A stretch of DNA of 64,000 nt from Tubulanus polymorphus (taxonomy: Eukaryota > Animalia > Nemertea). The first letter of the stretch is position 1; each line of letters opens with the position of its first letter. The notes below the pieces were generated by a model. The model made no database searches, was not told the DNA's origin, and saw only the letters and a list, made by a program, of their open reading frames with translations. The DNA is taken from NCBI RefSeq assembly GCF_964204645.1, contig NC_134027.1, positions 682,001 to 746,000 of the forward strand, in the 5' to 3' direction. Positions 1 to 12,300 of the stretch are shown here, piece by piece. The position numbers were made by a program, and so were the translations under genes.

Positions 1-245
1 AGAGAAATAGTGGATGTGGTGTCCCTGGACCCCTACATGCACCATATAGAGAATTAGTGGATGTGGTGTCCCTGGACCCCTACATGCACCATACAGAGAA
101 TTAGTGGATGTGGTGTCCCTGGACCCCTACATGCACCATATAGAGAATTAGTGGATGTGGTGTCCCTGGACCCCTACATGCACCATATAGAGAATTAGTG
201 GATGTGGTGTCCCTGGACCCCTACATGCACCATATAGAGAATTAG
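1..245. repeat. 47-bp tandem repeat (end of array)
   Basis: Unit AGAGAATTAGTGGATGTGGTGTCCCTGGACCCCTACATGCACCATAT, about 5 copies visible. Confidence 0.95.
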
Positions 246-317
246 TTCACTGAACCAGAATAAGACTGACTGATATATTTTCAAATGATTTAATATTTTT
301 ACTTGTTTTTCTAGAAT

Positions 318-3300
318 ATGCCAAAAGCCATAAAAAAAACACGGGGCACGGGCCCCTCACATTCGAGCCCGTATAATAAAGTAAGTACAAATTTACTGCT
401 TCCATGCTTATTTATTCATCCAATACTTAGTATTTTGTACCCCTGGGTCCAGTTTCACAAAAAGGATTAACGCCTAAATCGATTTAAGATAAACTGAATT
501 AATGAAGAAATTAAATCGATTTAAGAGTTAAACCTGTTTGTGAAACTGGGCCCTGAATTGCATCTAGAATGAAAAAAAAGAAAAAAAAATATTGAAAATA
601 ACGTTGGTGAAATATTTCTGGATCTTTCTGGATTTCTGCTCAATGCATCGTTTAGTAAAATATCGATATTCTCTAAAAGTAAAGATATAAGAATAAAAAT
701 ATTGTATTGAATCGTGATTAGTTACTGTATGCGCTGCTAGTTGTTGCCCAACCCATAGCCTCATTTCTCTCCATTCTAAATTTGCATTGTTTAACATTGC
801 CTGGTTGCTATGGAAACTATTTATTTAAGTTTCTTTGTGGTATCCATGGCAACAGTAACGTTTAGGTAGTGGCACCAATTATGGGTCCCAACGTTCCCAT
901 GGCGATACATGAGAACATTTATCCTATTTTTGACCTTCATGACGTAAGATGGTAGTGAGTCGATGACGTCATTTTCGTCTCACCACTAATGAAAAAAAAA
1001 AAATGAAATGAAAAAAAAGGAAAAAATGGTTAGAATTACGTTTATAAAATTTTTCTGGATCGGCTAAATGTATTGTTCGATTAAATATCGACATTCTCTA
1101 AAATCATAGGCATCAATATCAAAATGATGATACAGCAGACTCCGCTTAACTCTGTTCTATTTGGACCATTAATTAACCGAATACCGACTTTTTAAATTTT
1201 AGGATTTTAACTTTAAGGATCAGAAAATGTGTATGCAATATCAACCGGGTACCGAGTAGGGTGGCCGAGTCTACTGTAGTCTGCTGCCCCCTCGAATCCA
1301 TTACCTTATTATCTCTCAATTTGCATTGTTTGACCTCGTCTGGTTGCTATGGAAACTATTTAGTTATATCAGGAACGGTTTTTTCGAGGTAACCAGTGGC
1401 AACAGGCGTGTCCGTCCTAGAGATAAACTGTCTGATTTCACAGCCACATCCGTCCTGGAGATAAACTGTTAGATAAACTCTGATTTCGCGTCCGTCCTAT
1501 TTCTTGTCATTGTATGAATATGTTTTCTCTTTTATAGAGAACTCAACAACAACAACAACAACAGCAACAACAACAACAACAACAGCAGCAACAGCAACAC
1601 AAATTTGATATTTCTATGTCTGGGATTGACGTAAGTTATCGTAAACGCCTGTTTGAAGTCATCATTCTTGAGCTTGAAACCGAAATTTATATATATAGAA
1701 TATTAAACCCTGCTTCTGCTACTGACAGGTAATGTCCGTCATACATTACTGCATCGTCAAATCTATACCAGGGTGCACCCAGCCTGATCGTTCGCATCAT
1801 CACATGCAAAGGGCTGATTATTTTGGAACCCAGTTTTTATCAGCTGGAACATTCTGCACATTCGACCATATTGATTGATAGCCCGTTATAGACGAGTGGA
1901 GAAAAACTGGAAAACCAGTTCAATGTTACCTCATGGTAAACATAAGGGAATTTCAATGAGTTTAACTCACATTTACAGAGTTTTAACGAGGTTAGACTGA
2001 ATTAACCATTATTCCATCAATGGTGTGTTCTGTCCATCAAGGCTCCTCAGACGCACCGAGCAGTCAAATGCAGCAGTAGCGCGAGGGTCGGGTGTTCTCG
2101 TGTGGGCAGACGGTCCGAACCCCAAAACCATTTACTTACACTATACAAATCAGATCAGGTTTTTAACATTGTCTTTGATTGTATTTTCAGTTTCTGCCGA
2201 CAACGCCGCCAAGCGGTACTTCTACGCCGGTAAGTGATAACTATTTTCTAATAAATCACGCTTATTTCAATTTGTAATTTGAAAATAGAGGGCAGTAGCT
2301 GTTTTGCATAAATTATGCTAATTAGGAATAAATTCAAATTCGATTAAGTCTCATCATCGTAGAAGTCATATATTAATGATGCTATCTCTACAGTTGTCAT
2401 TTAAATTAAGTGTTATATTTACTACTTAATTTGCTTCATGACCCAAAAGCCTCTACTATATAACTACTGGTTTTGTTCTAATCTTGGAGAATTTGCTGCA
2501 AAATTAACTTATCATTCGTTAATCAGTTTTTATTGAAAACCCGAATCAGTGATACATGCATTCATGAATATCCATCTAATATTTTGTTTTATTTTATCTT
2601 TACAGGATTTATCACCGATACAGCACGTGGACGTAAGACATTAAACATTGATCTTGAATTTTAAGTTCAAACTAATTTATTTTTTATCTCACTCGGGACT
2701 ATAGTTATTGCGTTCACTTTGCGTCCAGTTGTCTCGGCTAGTTTTTGATTTATCGTGTTGATAATTGGTTTATATACTCAAACTACTCAAACTCAAAATA
2801 TTGGCACAATTGGAATTAAGATGGCGGACTTGTATGACCATTTTTTTCCCCGGCAAAATCAGCGCTTTAGGATCAATTCTGTTGTTGTTATATTACATTG
2901 AAATCAGAGTTTAATATATATCAGTATAGAGCAGGTTTTTGCTCTAGTTATAAATAAAGTTATAAATAATCTCATGACATGTTCTGTATATGTGTAGCGA
3001 GTTTCAATGTCTTTGGTTCCTTTTAAACCAGGGGGAGTTAAATTTGTAAATGTCAGATCGTCGAGCATTTCAGACCACTTCCAAAGTGGGTCCCTGCACC
3101 CCTAGTTATACCGTTAATATTTTAATAATACATTAATATTTTTATTTGATAGAATATATTGATATACCATACATTGATATCGGTCTTGTAATTGGATCAA
3201 CAACCATGAGATCAAAACACAGCAAATATGAACCTGCTGTGAATCAATAGATTTGTGATAAATGTAATGAAATTGTTATTTTTCATATTGACTTTTTGAG

Positions 3301-6300
3301 TTAAGGGTCTGTTGTATAAGAGTATTTGGTCTCGCGTGTCAATGTATGATATCAATCTGTTGTATTTCCTCGTTCCAATGTTTAAAAGGTGTTCGTCACC
3401 TTATATTAATATCCTCCGTGTTTAAAAACCTGTGCGTATTACTTTTACCGTTAGATGGCGCCATAAGTGTGATATTTGATATATGGGATACCCGCAAAAC
3501 CAGCTATTCCACCAGATGGCGCAACGAGTAGTAGGTCGTTCGTTGTCAAAATTAGTTCATTTTCGATGAACTTTGAACTGGTTTGAAGAAGAAATACTTT
3601 CATTCTTCTACTCTGATATCGGTTTAGTTTTCATTAATAATTGATTCATTTAAGAGAACAATTCATTCAGATTTAATTGAAATGTACAAGAAAATCGAAC
3701 GCAGACGACCAACTATTTACTAGCGACACCTGGTGGATCCTCGCCTGCCATAAGTGGAATCCTCGATTGCCACAGTAAGACTGCGGGTATCCCATTGTTT
3801 GGCGTGTGATAAAGTAAAGTTAGAAAACGAATGTTTAACTTTGTTGTGAAATGAAAGCGTTTTGGAGATTTTTAAACCGATCAAATCAATATTTTGATAT
3901 TACGCTTGAAACCCTTCCCACTCATATTCTGCTTACTAAGTATATATTCTAGTTTCCGTGGAAATCATGGTGAGTGGCGCCATCTATACAGTGGAGTTAG
4001 CTTTATAAATCGAGTATGATTCGACAAGTGGCTCCATCCATTCCCTAATACTGAAGCGAGGTAACCAGCAGCGCCCTCATATACAGGAAATGAACGCCTA
4101 TCAAGTTTAACAATGCACGGTGTATTGACCACAGCGACCGGTGATAATTATATCAATGTTGATTAGCTATTGCCATAGACAGGTCCGTAGCGTTTGACTG
4201 GACCAGAACGGGGCCCCCTAACCAAAACAAATTTTGAAAACGTGCCCAGATAAATTGCCTCTGGGAGATTGATTAACGAGGTTTTGATTGAATGAACAAA
4301 TTTTAATATTTGTAAGTTTAACATTTCTGTTTTTAATTTTTCTTTGTAAGGAACTGAATTTTCGAACCCCCCTGAACCGCTTCAAGCTACGTTCCTGATA
4401 TAGTGCTAGCTATACCTGAATACTTTTCTCTTATTGAAATTGTCTAAAAAACCAGCACCTTGAACTAATGAACGTCATAATGAAAATGTTTAAAAATTCA
4501 ACCGTTAATGAATTTGACTAATGTATCTTTTTTATTTTCATTTCTAGCGTCAGTTTGCCTCAGAGGCTGGGTCGCCGTCGCTTAATGTAAGTATCAGTGA
4601 CGCCCTCAATCTCACATGCCTCACTTCCCTCCTAATGTAACCATTTTTATGAAATTCCTCAAGAAAATATATACTGATAATCTTAGAATACACGTTTTTG
4701 TACCCAGACCCCTTCATTCTACTGAACTACCGTGTAATCAGTACCTGTTGTGTTCATTTTCTGTTGCATTGATTTATATATTATTTCTATTTATAGTTGT
4801 CAAACAACAGCAGCAGCAGCAGCGCACCCCTCCCGCCGGAGACGCCTCCCGACCTGCAAGCAAGAAGTAAGTTCAGTCTTCAAATACAATTTCAACGCAT
4901 TCAATTTTTTGTATGGCGTTAAAACGGTTAAAGTTGTGACTAGTTTTCATAACTCCGTGACGTCAGGTGTGAGACAAAATACAATATCATATTTCCATCG
5001 AGTACCGGACCCTTTCCTATGTTTTTTGCCAATTTGGATTGAATGATCGCCAGCGGTTTTTCTATACGACCCGGCTCTGCTGTATTGCATTTAGCCATCC
5101 TTTTTCTTGGCGTTTTTTATAAGAAGGTGTTTGATTTTGTCTCTAAGGGATTTAGGAATTTAAGAGACACTTGTACTCTCTATGCAGTGAGTTTGTTCTG
5201 TTTTTGTTCCCTCGTGAATTTTATTTTTGTTTGAATCAAATCAAATCAGTGCATCTTTCTTGAATTGCGTGTATGTTATAATATTATGTAAGTTATAACG
5301 TTAAAATATCTGTTATATTTAAACCGAATATTTAATTGTTGTATTTTGAATGCGATAATGCCGCTCCCTGCTAAAGTCCAGCGTCGTCGTCGTGAGGGAT
5401 GCGGTCATCTGTTCGGGCCCTGATTACGTTCTGTGTTCATCCTGTTTGGCTACATCGGGCGTTATATGAGTTAATCCTTCCTGGACTTGCGGATTGTGGT
5501 CGGAAGATCTATGGGTTCGGGCCGAGAAGTCCCAGAAACAGAAAGTACAGTTTCTGTCGATGTACCGATTGATGTCTCTATTTCAGAAAGTAACAGCGGT
5601 CGCCAGCTGTACTAGCACGGTTGGTTTCCCAACTCCATTCTCTGAGGAGGATCGCTGGTTCTCTAGTGCCGGTCAGTCACCAGTCAATCAATGGTTCAGC
5701 TGGCATCCCAGGGTACTGAACATCCAGTCCGGTCCGGTCCAGGCATCACTGGGAACTGTACATCCAGTCTGGTCCGGTCCAGGCATCACTGGGTACTGAA
5801 CATCTGGTCCGGTCCGGCAGCTTTGAGCACCAGTCCATTCCAGACATCACTGGGTACTGAACATCCAGTCCGGTCCGGTCCAGGCATCACCGGGTACTGA
5901 ACATCCAGTCCGGTCCGGTCCAGGCATCACTGGGAACTGTACATCCAGTCCGGTCCGGTCCAGGCATCACTGGCAACTGTACATCCAGTCCGGTCCGGTC
6001 CAGGCATCACTGGGTACTGAACATCTGGTCCGGTCCGGCAGCTTCGAGCACCAGTCCATTCCAGGCATCACCGGGTACTGAACATCCAGTCCGGTCCGGT
6101 CCAGGCATCACTGGGAACTGTACATCCAGTCCGGTCCGGTCCAGGCATCACTGGGAACTGTACATCCAGTCCGGTCCGGTCCAGGCATCACTGGGAACTG
6201 TACATCCAGTCTGGTCCGGTCCAGGCATCACCGGGTACTGAACATCCAGTCCCGTCCGGTCCAAGCATCACTGGGTACTGAACATCCAGTCTGGTCCGGT

Positions 6301-9300
6301 CCAGGCATCACTGGGTACTGAACATCCAGTCTGGTCTGGTCCAGGCATCACTGGGAACTGTACATCCAGTCCGGTCCGGTCCAGGCATCATCAGGTACTG
6401 AACATCCGGTCTGGTCCGGTCCAGGCATCACCGGGAACTGAACATCTGGTCCGGTCCGGTCCAGGCATCACTGGGAACTGTACATCCAGTCTGGTCCGGT
6501 CCAGGCATCATCAGGTACTGAACATCCGGTCTGGTCCGGCCAAGGCATCATCAGGTACTGAACATCCGGTCTGGTCCGGGCGGCCTGGCATCAATGTTTC
6601 GAATTTGAAACATAGTTATTATGACTCTAGGTTTGGTAGAGGGCGCTATTCTACCAGACGCAGGAGTAAGGTCACCTTCACTGATATCGAGGATGGATCG
6701 AGAGATTATGATTTATTCTGTAGGAACCATCATCATTCATCAGTTCACGTCGAGGGACCGTTTAGGAAGTTCATGTCTTTCACGTCGAGGGACCGTTTAG
6801 GAAGTTCACGTCTTTCACGTCTAGGGACCGTTTAGGAAGTTCACGTCTTTCACGTCGAGGGACCGTTTAGGAAGTTCACGTCTTTCACGTCGTGGGACCG
6901 TTTAGGAAGTTCACGTCTTTCACGTCGAGGGACCGTTTAGGAAGTTCACGTCTTTCACGTCGAGGGACCGTTTAGGAAGTTCATGTCTTTCACGTCGAGG
7001 GACCGTTTAGGAAGTTCATGTCTTTCACGTTGAGGGACCGTTTAGGAAGTTCACGTCTTTCACGTCGAGGGACCGTTTAGGAAGTTCATCTCTTTCACGT
7101 CGAGGGACCGTTTAGGAAGTTCACGTCTTTCACGTCGAGGGACCGTTTAGGAAGTTCATGTCTTTCACGTCGAGGGACCCTTTAGGAAGTTCATGTCTTT
7201 CACATCGAGGGACCGTTTAGGAAGTCGTCACAATAATCGGGATTTCCGTGATTTCGAAAGTAAGATGTTATTGTCATTGTAAGCTACCGCAGTTACAGGT
7301 AAGCCTATTCTTGATTGCCCGGTTAGAAGTTCAGTTATTCGGAATTCTGACTCTGAATTTCTGAGGGGTAGCATCTGATTTCAACGAGGATCTAGTTCCT
7401 GCAGCAATAAGCTTCGGGTTGCCGCTCACAACGGAAGCTCGTAACACGGTTAGCCATGCCTGCAGGGGATATGCTATTTTTTACCCCTCAGCCATAGGAC
7501 GCAAGGGGTAAAAAATCACTTATGTCCGGACGGGTGGGCTGTTTGTTTTTGACATATACAGGTCATCCAAGATGGCCGCCACAGCCATTGCAATGTGTTA
7601 AATAGCCATTTGAAGCTTGTTATCGCTCTACAGACTTAAGTTTTTCATTGATTTTCTTGTGACTTGGTTTGTTTGTTTGAGGTGTGAGATGGATGAGCCC
7701 TATTATTTTTGACATATATTGGTCATCCAAGATGGCCGCCACGGTTGTTTTAATGTGTGAAATAGCTATATTTTGGAGCTTGTTTTCCACTGTACAATCT
7801 ACAGTTTTATACTGATTTTCTTATCACGTGCTATGTGGATTGAAGGCATAAGGATCGATGAACTCTACTGTGTTTGATGTGTGTAGGCCACCACAGTTAT
7901 ATCAGTGTCTTGAATAGCCGATTTGGAGCTTGTTACTGCTCTAAGATGTAGAAGCTTAGAGGATTATAATTTTATTCATACTTGTACTGTGGTTTATTTA
8001 TGGTGGTCAGAGGATGAGCCCTATTACAATTTTGCATTCTCTACTTGACTCACTGGTCAAGGGTTAATATCTAGTTTGTTAAATGTGGAGAAACTCGTGC
8101 TAAGTCCTCGGCAGGTCCCCATGTCGGTGAATCACCACCACCCCCACCCCCCGGACTTTGATCTCAATATTTTGCGTGAATCGTCAGCAGTTTCAAGAGA
8201 ATGGGCTCGATTAGGTGTGGAACAATTGGAATCCTCGATTGCCACAGTCGAACCTAGAGTATTAAGAGCTCAATTAGGTTCGTCTTTGCGTCTCTTCTCC
8301 GGTTGGAGTGCTCCAGTTTTGACCAAACGGAGGAATATTCGAGAGGTGCAGATTCAAGTCAACCATGCGGACTCCGTGAAGTACTGGTCCAGCTCCAGCT
8401 CCGACAGCTGAAGGTTCAGCTCCGGCTCCGACAGCTAAAGGTTCAGCTCTGGCTCCGGCAGCTCAAGGTCCGGCTCCGGCAGCTCAAGGTCCAGCTCTGG
8501 CTCCGGCCGCTCAAGGTTCAGCTCCGGCTCCAGCTCCGGCCGCTCAAGGTTCAGCCCGAACTCACACAATGCCATCTCAAGCATCTTACTTTCTCAAGCG
8601 GCTACTGGTGGTTGGAGAACAAGTGCACAGCTCCAACATTCTCGTGCCCCTTCTGGTCAGAATAATTCTAATTCATATCACTAAAAGGAGCTCTTCCTCT
8701 CGGAGAAACTCAAAATGAATGCTCGGGGCCAGTGAGAGGTTGTCTGCAGCAGGCAGCCACTGGTCCGTCGGTCCCGGGTCGTATCACGGAGGCTACTGTC
8801 TTCAATTCTGAACACCTCTCGACATGCGCCCGAAAGCAGATCAGGAGACACTAATCTCGTCAGCTCTCAAAGATCTGGCCAAAAAGAGAGCAATAGAACC
8901 AGTACGCGACGAAGCCACATCCGGCTGGTTTTCATGAAAATTTATGCTCCTGAAAACCACAGGGCGTCGATGGACTGTCATTCCTCGAGCGGCACCTGGA
9001 TATCCCGAGGCTTCCGATGACTAAAACAGGGAGGTAATTCAAGGTCTCCGTCGAGGTTAATGGGCGGCTGCATTGGACCTGAAAGATGCATATTTTCAGG
9101 TTCCTGTTCACCCGAAATCCTGTCAATTTTACAGAATAAAAGTTGAAAGGCTGCCAGTTCCAGTTCAGGTCTCTTCCAATCGGCCTCAGTACAGCCCACG
9201 CCCTGGGTATTTACCAGCTTGGGTCAAGTCCAGAAGGTACATTACAGTCCAGGGCTGGGTTTCATAGATATGGAAGAAAAATAATTCCAGGGAACATTTT

Positions 9301-12300
9301 GAAATTTGTCAGTTATAACCATGGTTTCTCATTGTTAGTATGGTGGTTGTTACCAAGATTGAGGATTTACCCCTAGGGATAACTTTGATACTCAGTCTAT
9401 GAAACCGGGTCCTGGAGTATTTGTCTGTTGGTTTACCTCGACGACTGGTTACTAGTACCAAACTCGACTATAGAATGTCAGGAGGCGAGGACCGCTGTCG
9501 TAGACTTAGTTCACCAGTTCCGCGTAAACTAAGTAAAATCTCACTTGATGCCATCCCAACAGTTCACATCTCCGGATCAGCACGGTCTTTCCGTCCATGG
9601 CTCGAGTAGCCAAACTTCAAGAAGCGTAGTTACCACAAACGAGAGGACAGCTAGTTATCGGTGACGCCTGTGGCTAAATGCAATACCGCAGTGCCAGGGA
9701 TCGTATCTCTGGCTATCTACACATTCAGAGAATATTAACTAAAACCATAGGAAAGGGTCAAGCACTACTCCGAAAAAAAACTAATTTTATTTCCAAAAAA
9801 TTATGATATTATATGGATTGCATGCTGTGTGGAAGAAGTTTTCAAAATTATTTAGGAGCTTATTATAATTTGAATGCATGAATTGAGAGCAATTTGAAAT
9901 GTATTGATATCCGAAAGTGTCTCCATTGACTTCACTCATTCACCTGATGAAGCTTCTATACATTAGTACCCAAAGCTTGTGTGTCAAATAAACTAGTTAC
10001 ACGTCCTATAAAGTACTACTTGTCTCGTTATATATTCTAAACCCCAGTTAACAATTCCAGTAAGTCAGGTTTAGGGAATAGATATTTAAACCTTGAGATG
10101 ATACCAATGTGATACAATTCCAGTAAGTCAGGTTTAGGGAATAGATATTTAAACCTTGAGATGATACCGATGTGATACAATTCCAGTAAGTCAGGTTTAG
10201 GGAATAGATATTTAAACCTTGAGATGAAACCGATGTGATACAATTCCAGTAAGTCAGGTTTAGGGAATAGATATTTAAACCTTGAAATAAAACCGATGTG
10301 ATACAATTCCAGTAAGTCAGGTTTAGGGAATAGATATTTAAACCTTCAGATGAAACCGATGTGATGCAATTCCAGTAAGTCAGGTTTAGGGAATAGATAT
10401 TTAAACCTTCAGATGAAACCGATGTAATACAATTCCAGTAAGTCAGGTTTAGGGAATAGATATTTAAACCTTCAGATGAAACCGATGTAATACAATTCCA
10501 GTAAGTCAGGTTTAGGGAATAAATATTTAAACCTTGAGATGATACCGATGTAATACAATTCCAGTAAGTCAGGTTTAGGGAATAGATATTTAAACCTTGA
10601 GATTAAACCGATGTGATACAATTCCAGTAAGTCAGGTTTAGGGAATAGATATTTAAACCTTGAGATGAAACCGATGTGATACAATTCCAGTAAGTCAGGT
10701 TTAGGGAATAGATATTTAAACCTTGAGATGATACCGATGTGATACAATTCCAGTAAGTCAGGTTTAGGGAATAGATATTTAAACCTTGAGATTAAACCGA
10801 TGTAATGCAATTCCTGTAAGTCAGGTTTAGGGAATAGATATTTAAACCTTGAGATGATACCGATGTGATACAATTCCAGTAAGTCAGGTTTAGGGAATAG
10901 ATATTTAAACCTTGAGATGATACCGATGTGATACAATTCCAGTAAGTCAGGTTTAGGGAATAGATATTTAAACCTTCAGATGATACCGATGAATTTAGCA
11001 ATTTTGAATGAATTAAACCAATATGAGATTTCGATCCTAAGAATATTGGAAGCTTGTGTTTAACGTTACTAAATAGTAATATTATATAAAGCTAGAAGGA
11101 CACGAGGGTATCCATTTTTTTGCCCGATCGCAACGATTAAATTTGCCGGTGAATTTATACGCCCGATACGAGTGGGTACCGATCTATCTATAAATCGGCC
11201 GTCACGGTGATTTCGTCGCCCGCCAACATTAAACATGTTCTATATTTACGCCGGTGTTCGGGTCACTTGTTAATTCGCTCGTCTTGTCGGCAAGCTTAAA
11301 AAGATTTAGAAAAAACTACATATTCTTCTTCCTGAATAAACTGGATTCACCTGGGTTCAGTTTCATGAGACACAGTTCAAACTGCTCTTGAATTTGAGTT
11401 TGTAATTAATGTATGTGATTATAATGAATTGTATTTTTTGTTTTACAGCACTGATATTTAGATTGAGTCGTGCGTTCCGGCGGGAGGAGTTCGTACGCTT
11501 ATTTTTACCGGAGTGTAAGTAGTTTAACTATTTTCATACAATATCATTTAGTGTGACGTGTGTTACTGATCCAGGAATTTTTCCAAGAGGGGGTTCATAA
11601 TAATCCTGACTTAAATCTCTAATGATAGCCGGGGCCTATACGGCATATTGTTTGGCCAAACATAAGATCATATGGTACCGGTTTTTTGGCTTTTCTCGCG
11701 TAAGCATTTACATTCCTTCAAGAAAACTAATTTTTAGAATTTTTGGTAGCTGATCAGCGGGGTCACGACCCCTGAAACCCTCCCTGGATCCGCGCCTGTG
11801 ATATCTCCTCAAAATCTAATAAAAACATTCAACAAATTAATGCTATAATGACGATATGTAGCCTGTTATATCTGTCTATTTGAATGCATTTGCATAAAGA
11901 AATAGTTGCGGAATTATCAACTGCAAATAACAGTGTAACCCTAGTGGGTCTTAAGAGACGGCCAGAGCCTTTTTATAGGTTGTTATGGCTCACAACCTGA
12001 CTGAGTTAGCTGTACGGACCTGTCAGATTAGTTACTTCTAGAAGTTATGTTAGTCACATTTTCTGACTATATTCTGGAAAACAGTGGAAGCTTGTATCCA
12101 CCCTAGATTAGAACCAATCAGAATAGAACCAATCAGAATAGAACCAATCAGAATAGAACCAATCAGAATAGAACCAATTAGAATAAAACCAATCAGAATA
12201 GAACCAATCAGAATAAAACCAATCAGAATAAAACTAATCAGAATAGAACCAATCAGAATAGAACCAATCAGAATAGAACCAATCAGAATAGAACCAATCA

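Larger units (their letters stand above)
5358..9700 (+). mobile_element. Decayed DIRS-like (tyrosine-recombinase class) retrotransposon in intron 6
   Basis: Frameshifted RT motifs in the expected order: KDLAKKRAIEPV..GWFS*KFMLLKTTGRRWTVI (~8868-8982), LDLKDAYFQVPVHP (9073), FQFRSLPIGLSTA (~9158), VYLDDWLL (9431). YLDDW is typical of DIRS RTs. Upstream gag-like region has a Cys-rich start and Pro/Ala-rich repeats. No recombinase ORF seen; boundaries approximate. Confidence 0.75.

Noticed and set aside
4616-5046. ORFs with polyQ (84 aa) or polyA (98 aa) over the CAG tract
   Set aside because: The splice-compatible frame of exon 6 (4797-4866) is the third frame (poly-Ser); these ORFs run through intronic sequence.
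5703-7225. CRISPR-like appearance of the 35-47-bp arrays (also 1-245, 23245-24030, 46124-46984)
   Set aside because: Units are head-to-tail with no unique spacers, there are no cas genes, and the context is eukaryotic.
10037-11001. Minus-strand repeat ORFs (YHIGIISRFKYLFPKPDLLEL)n
   Set aside because: By-product of a 63-bp minisatellite; TGA-creating variants interrupt the frame.
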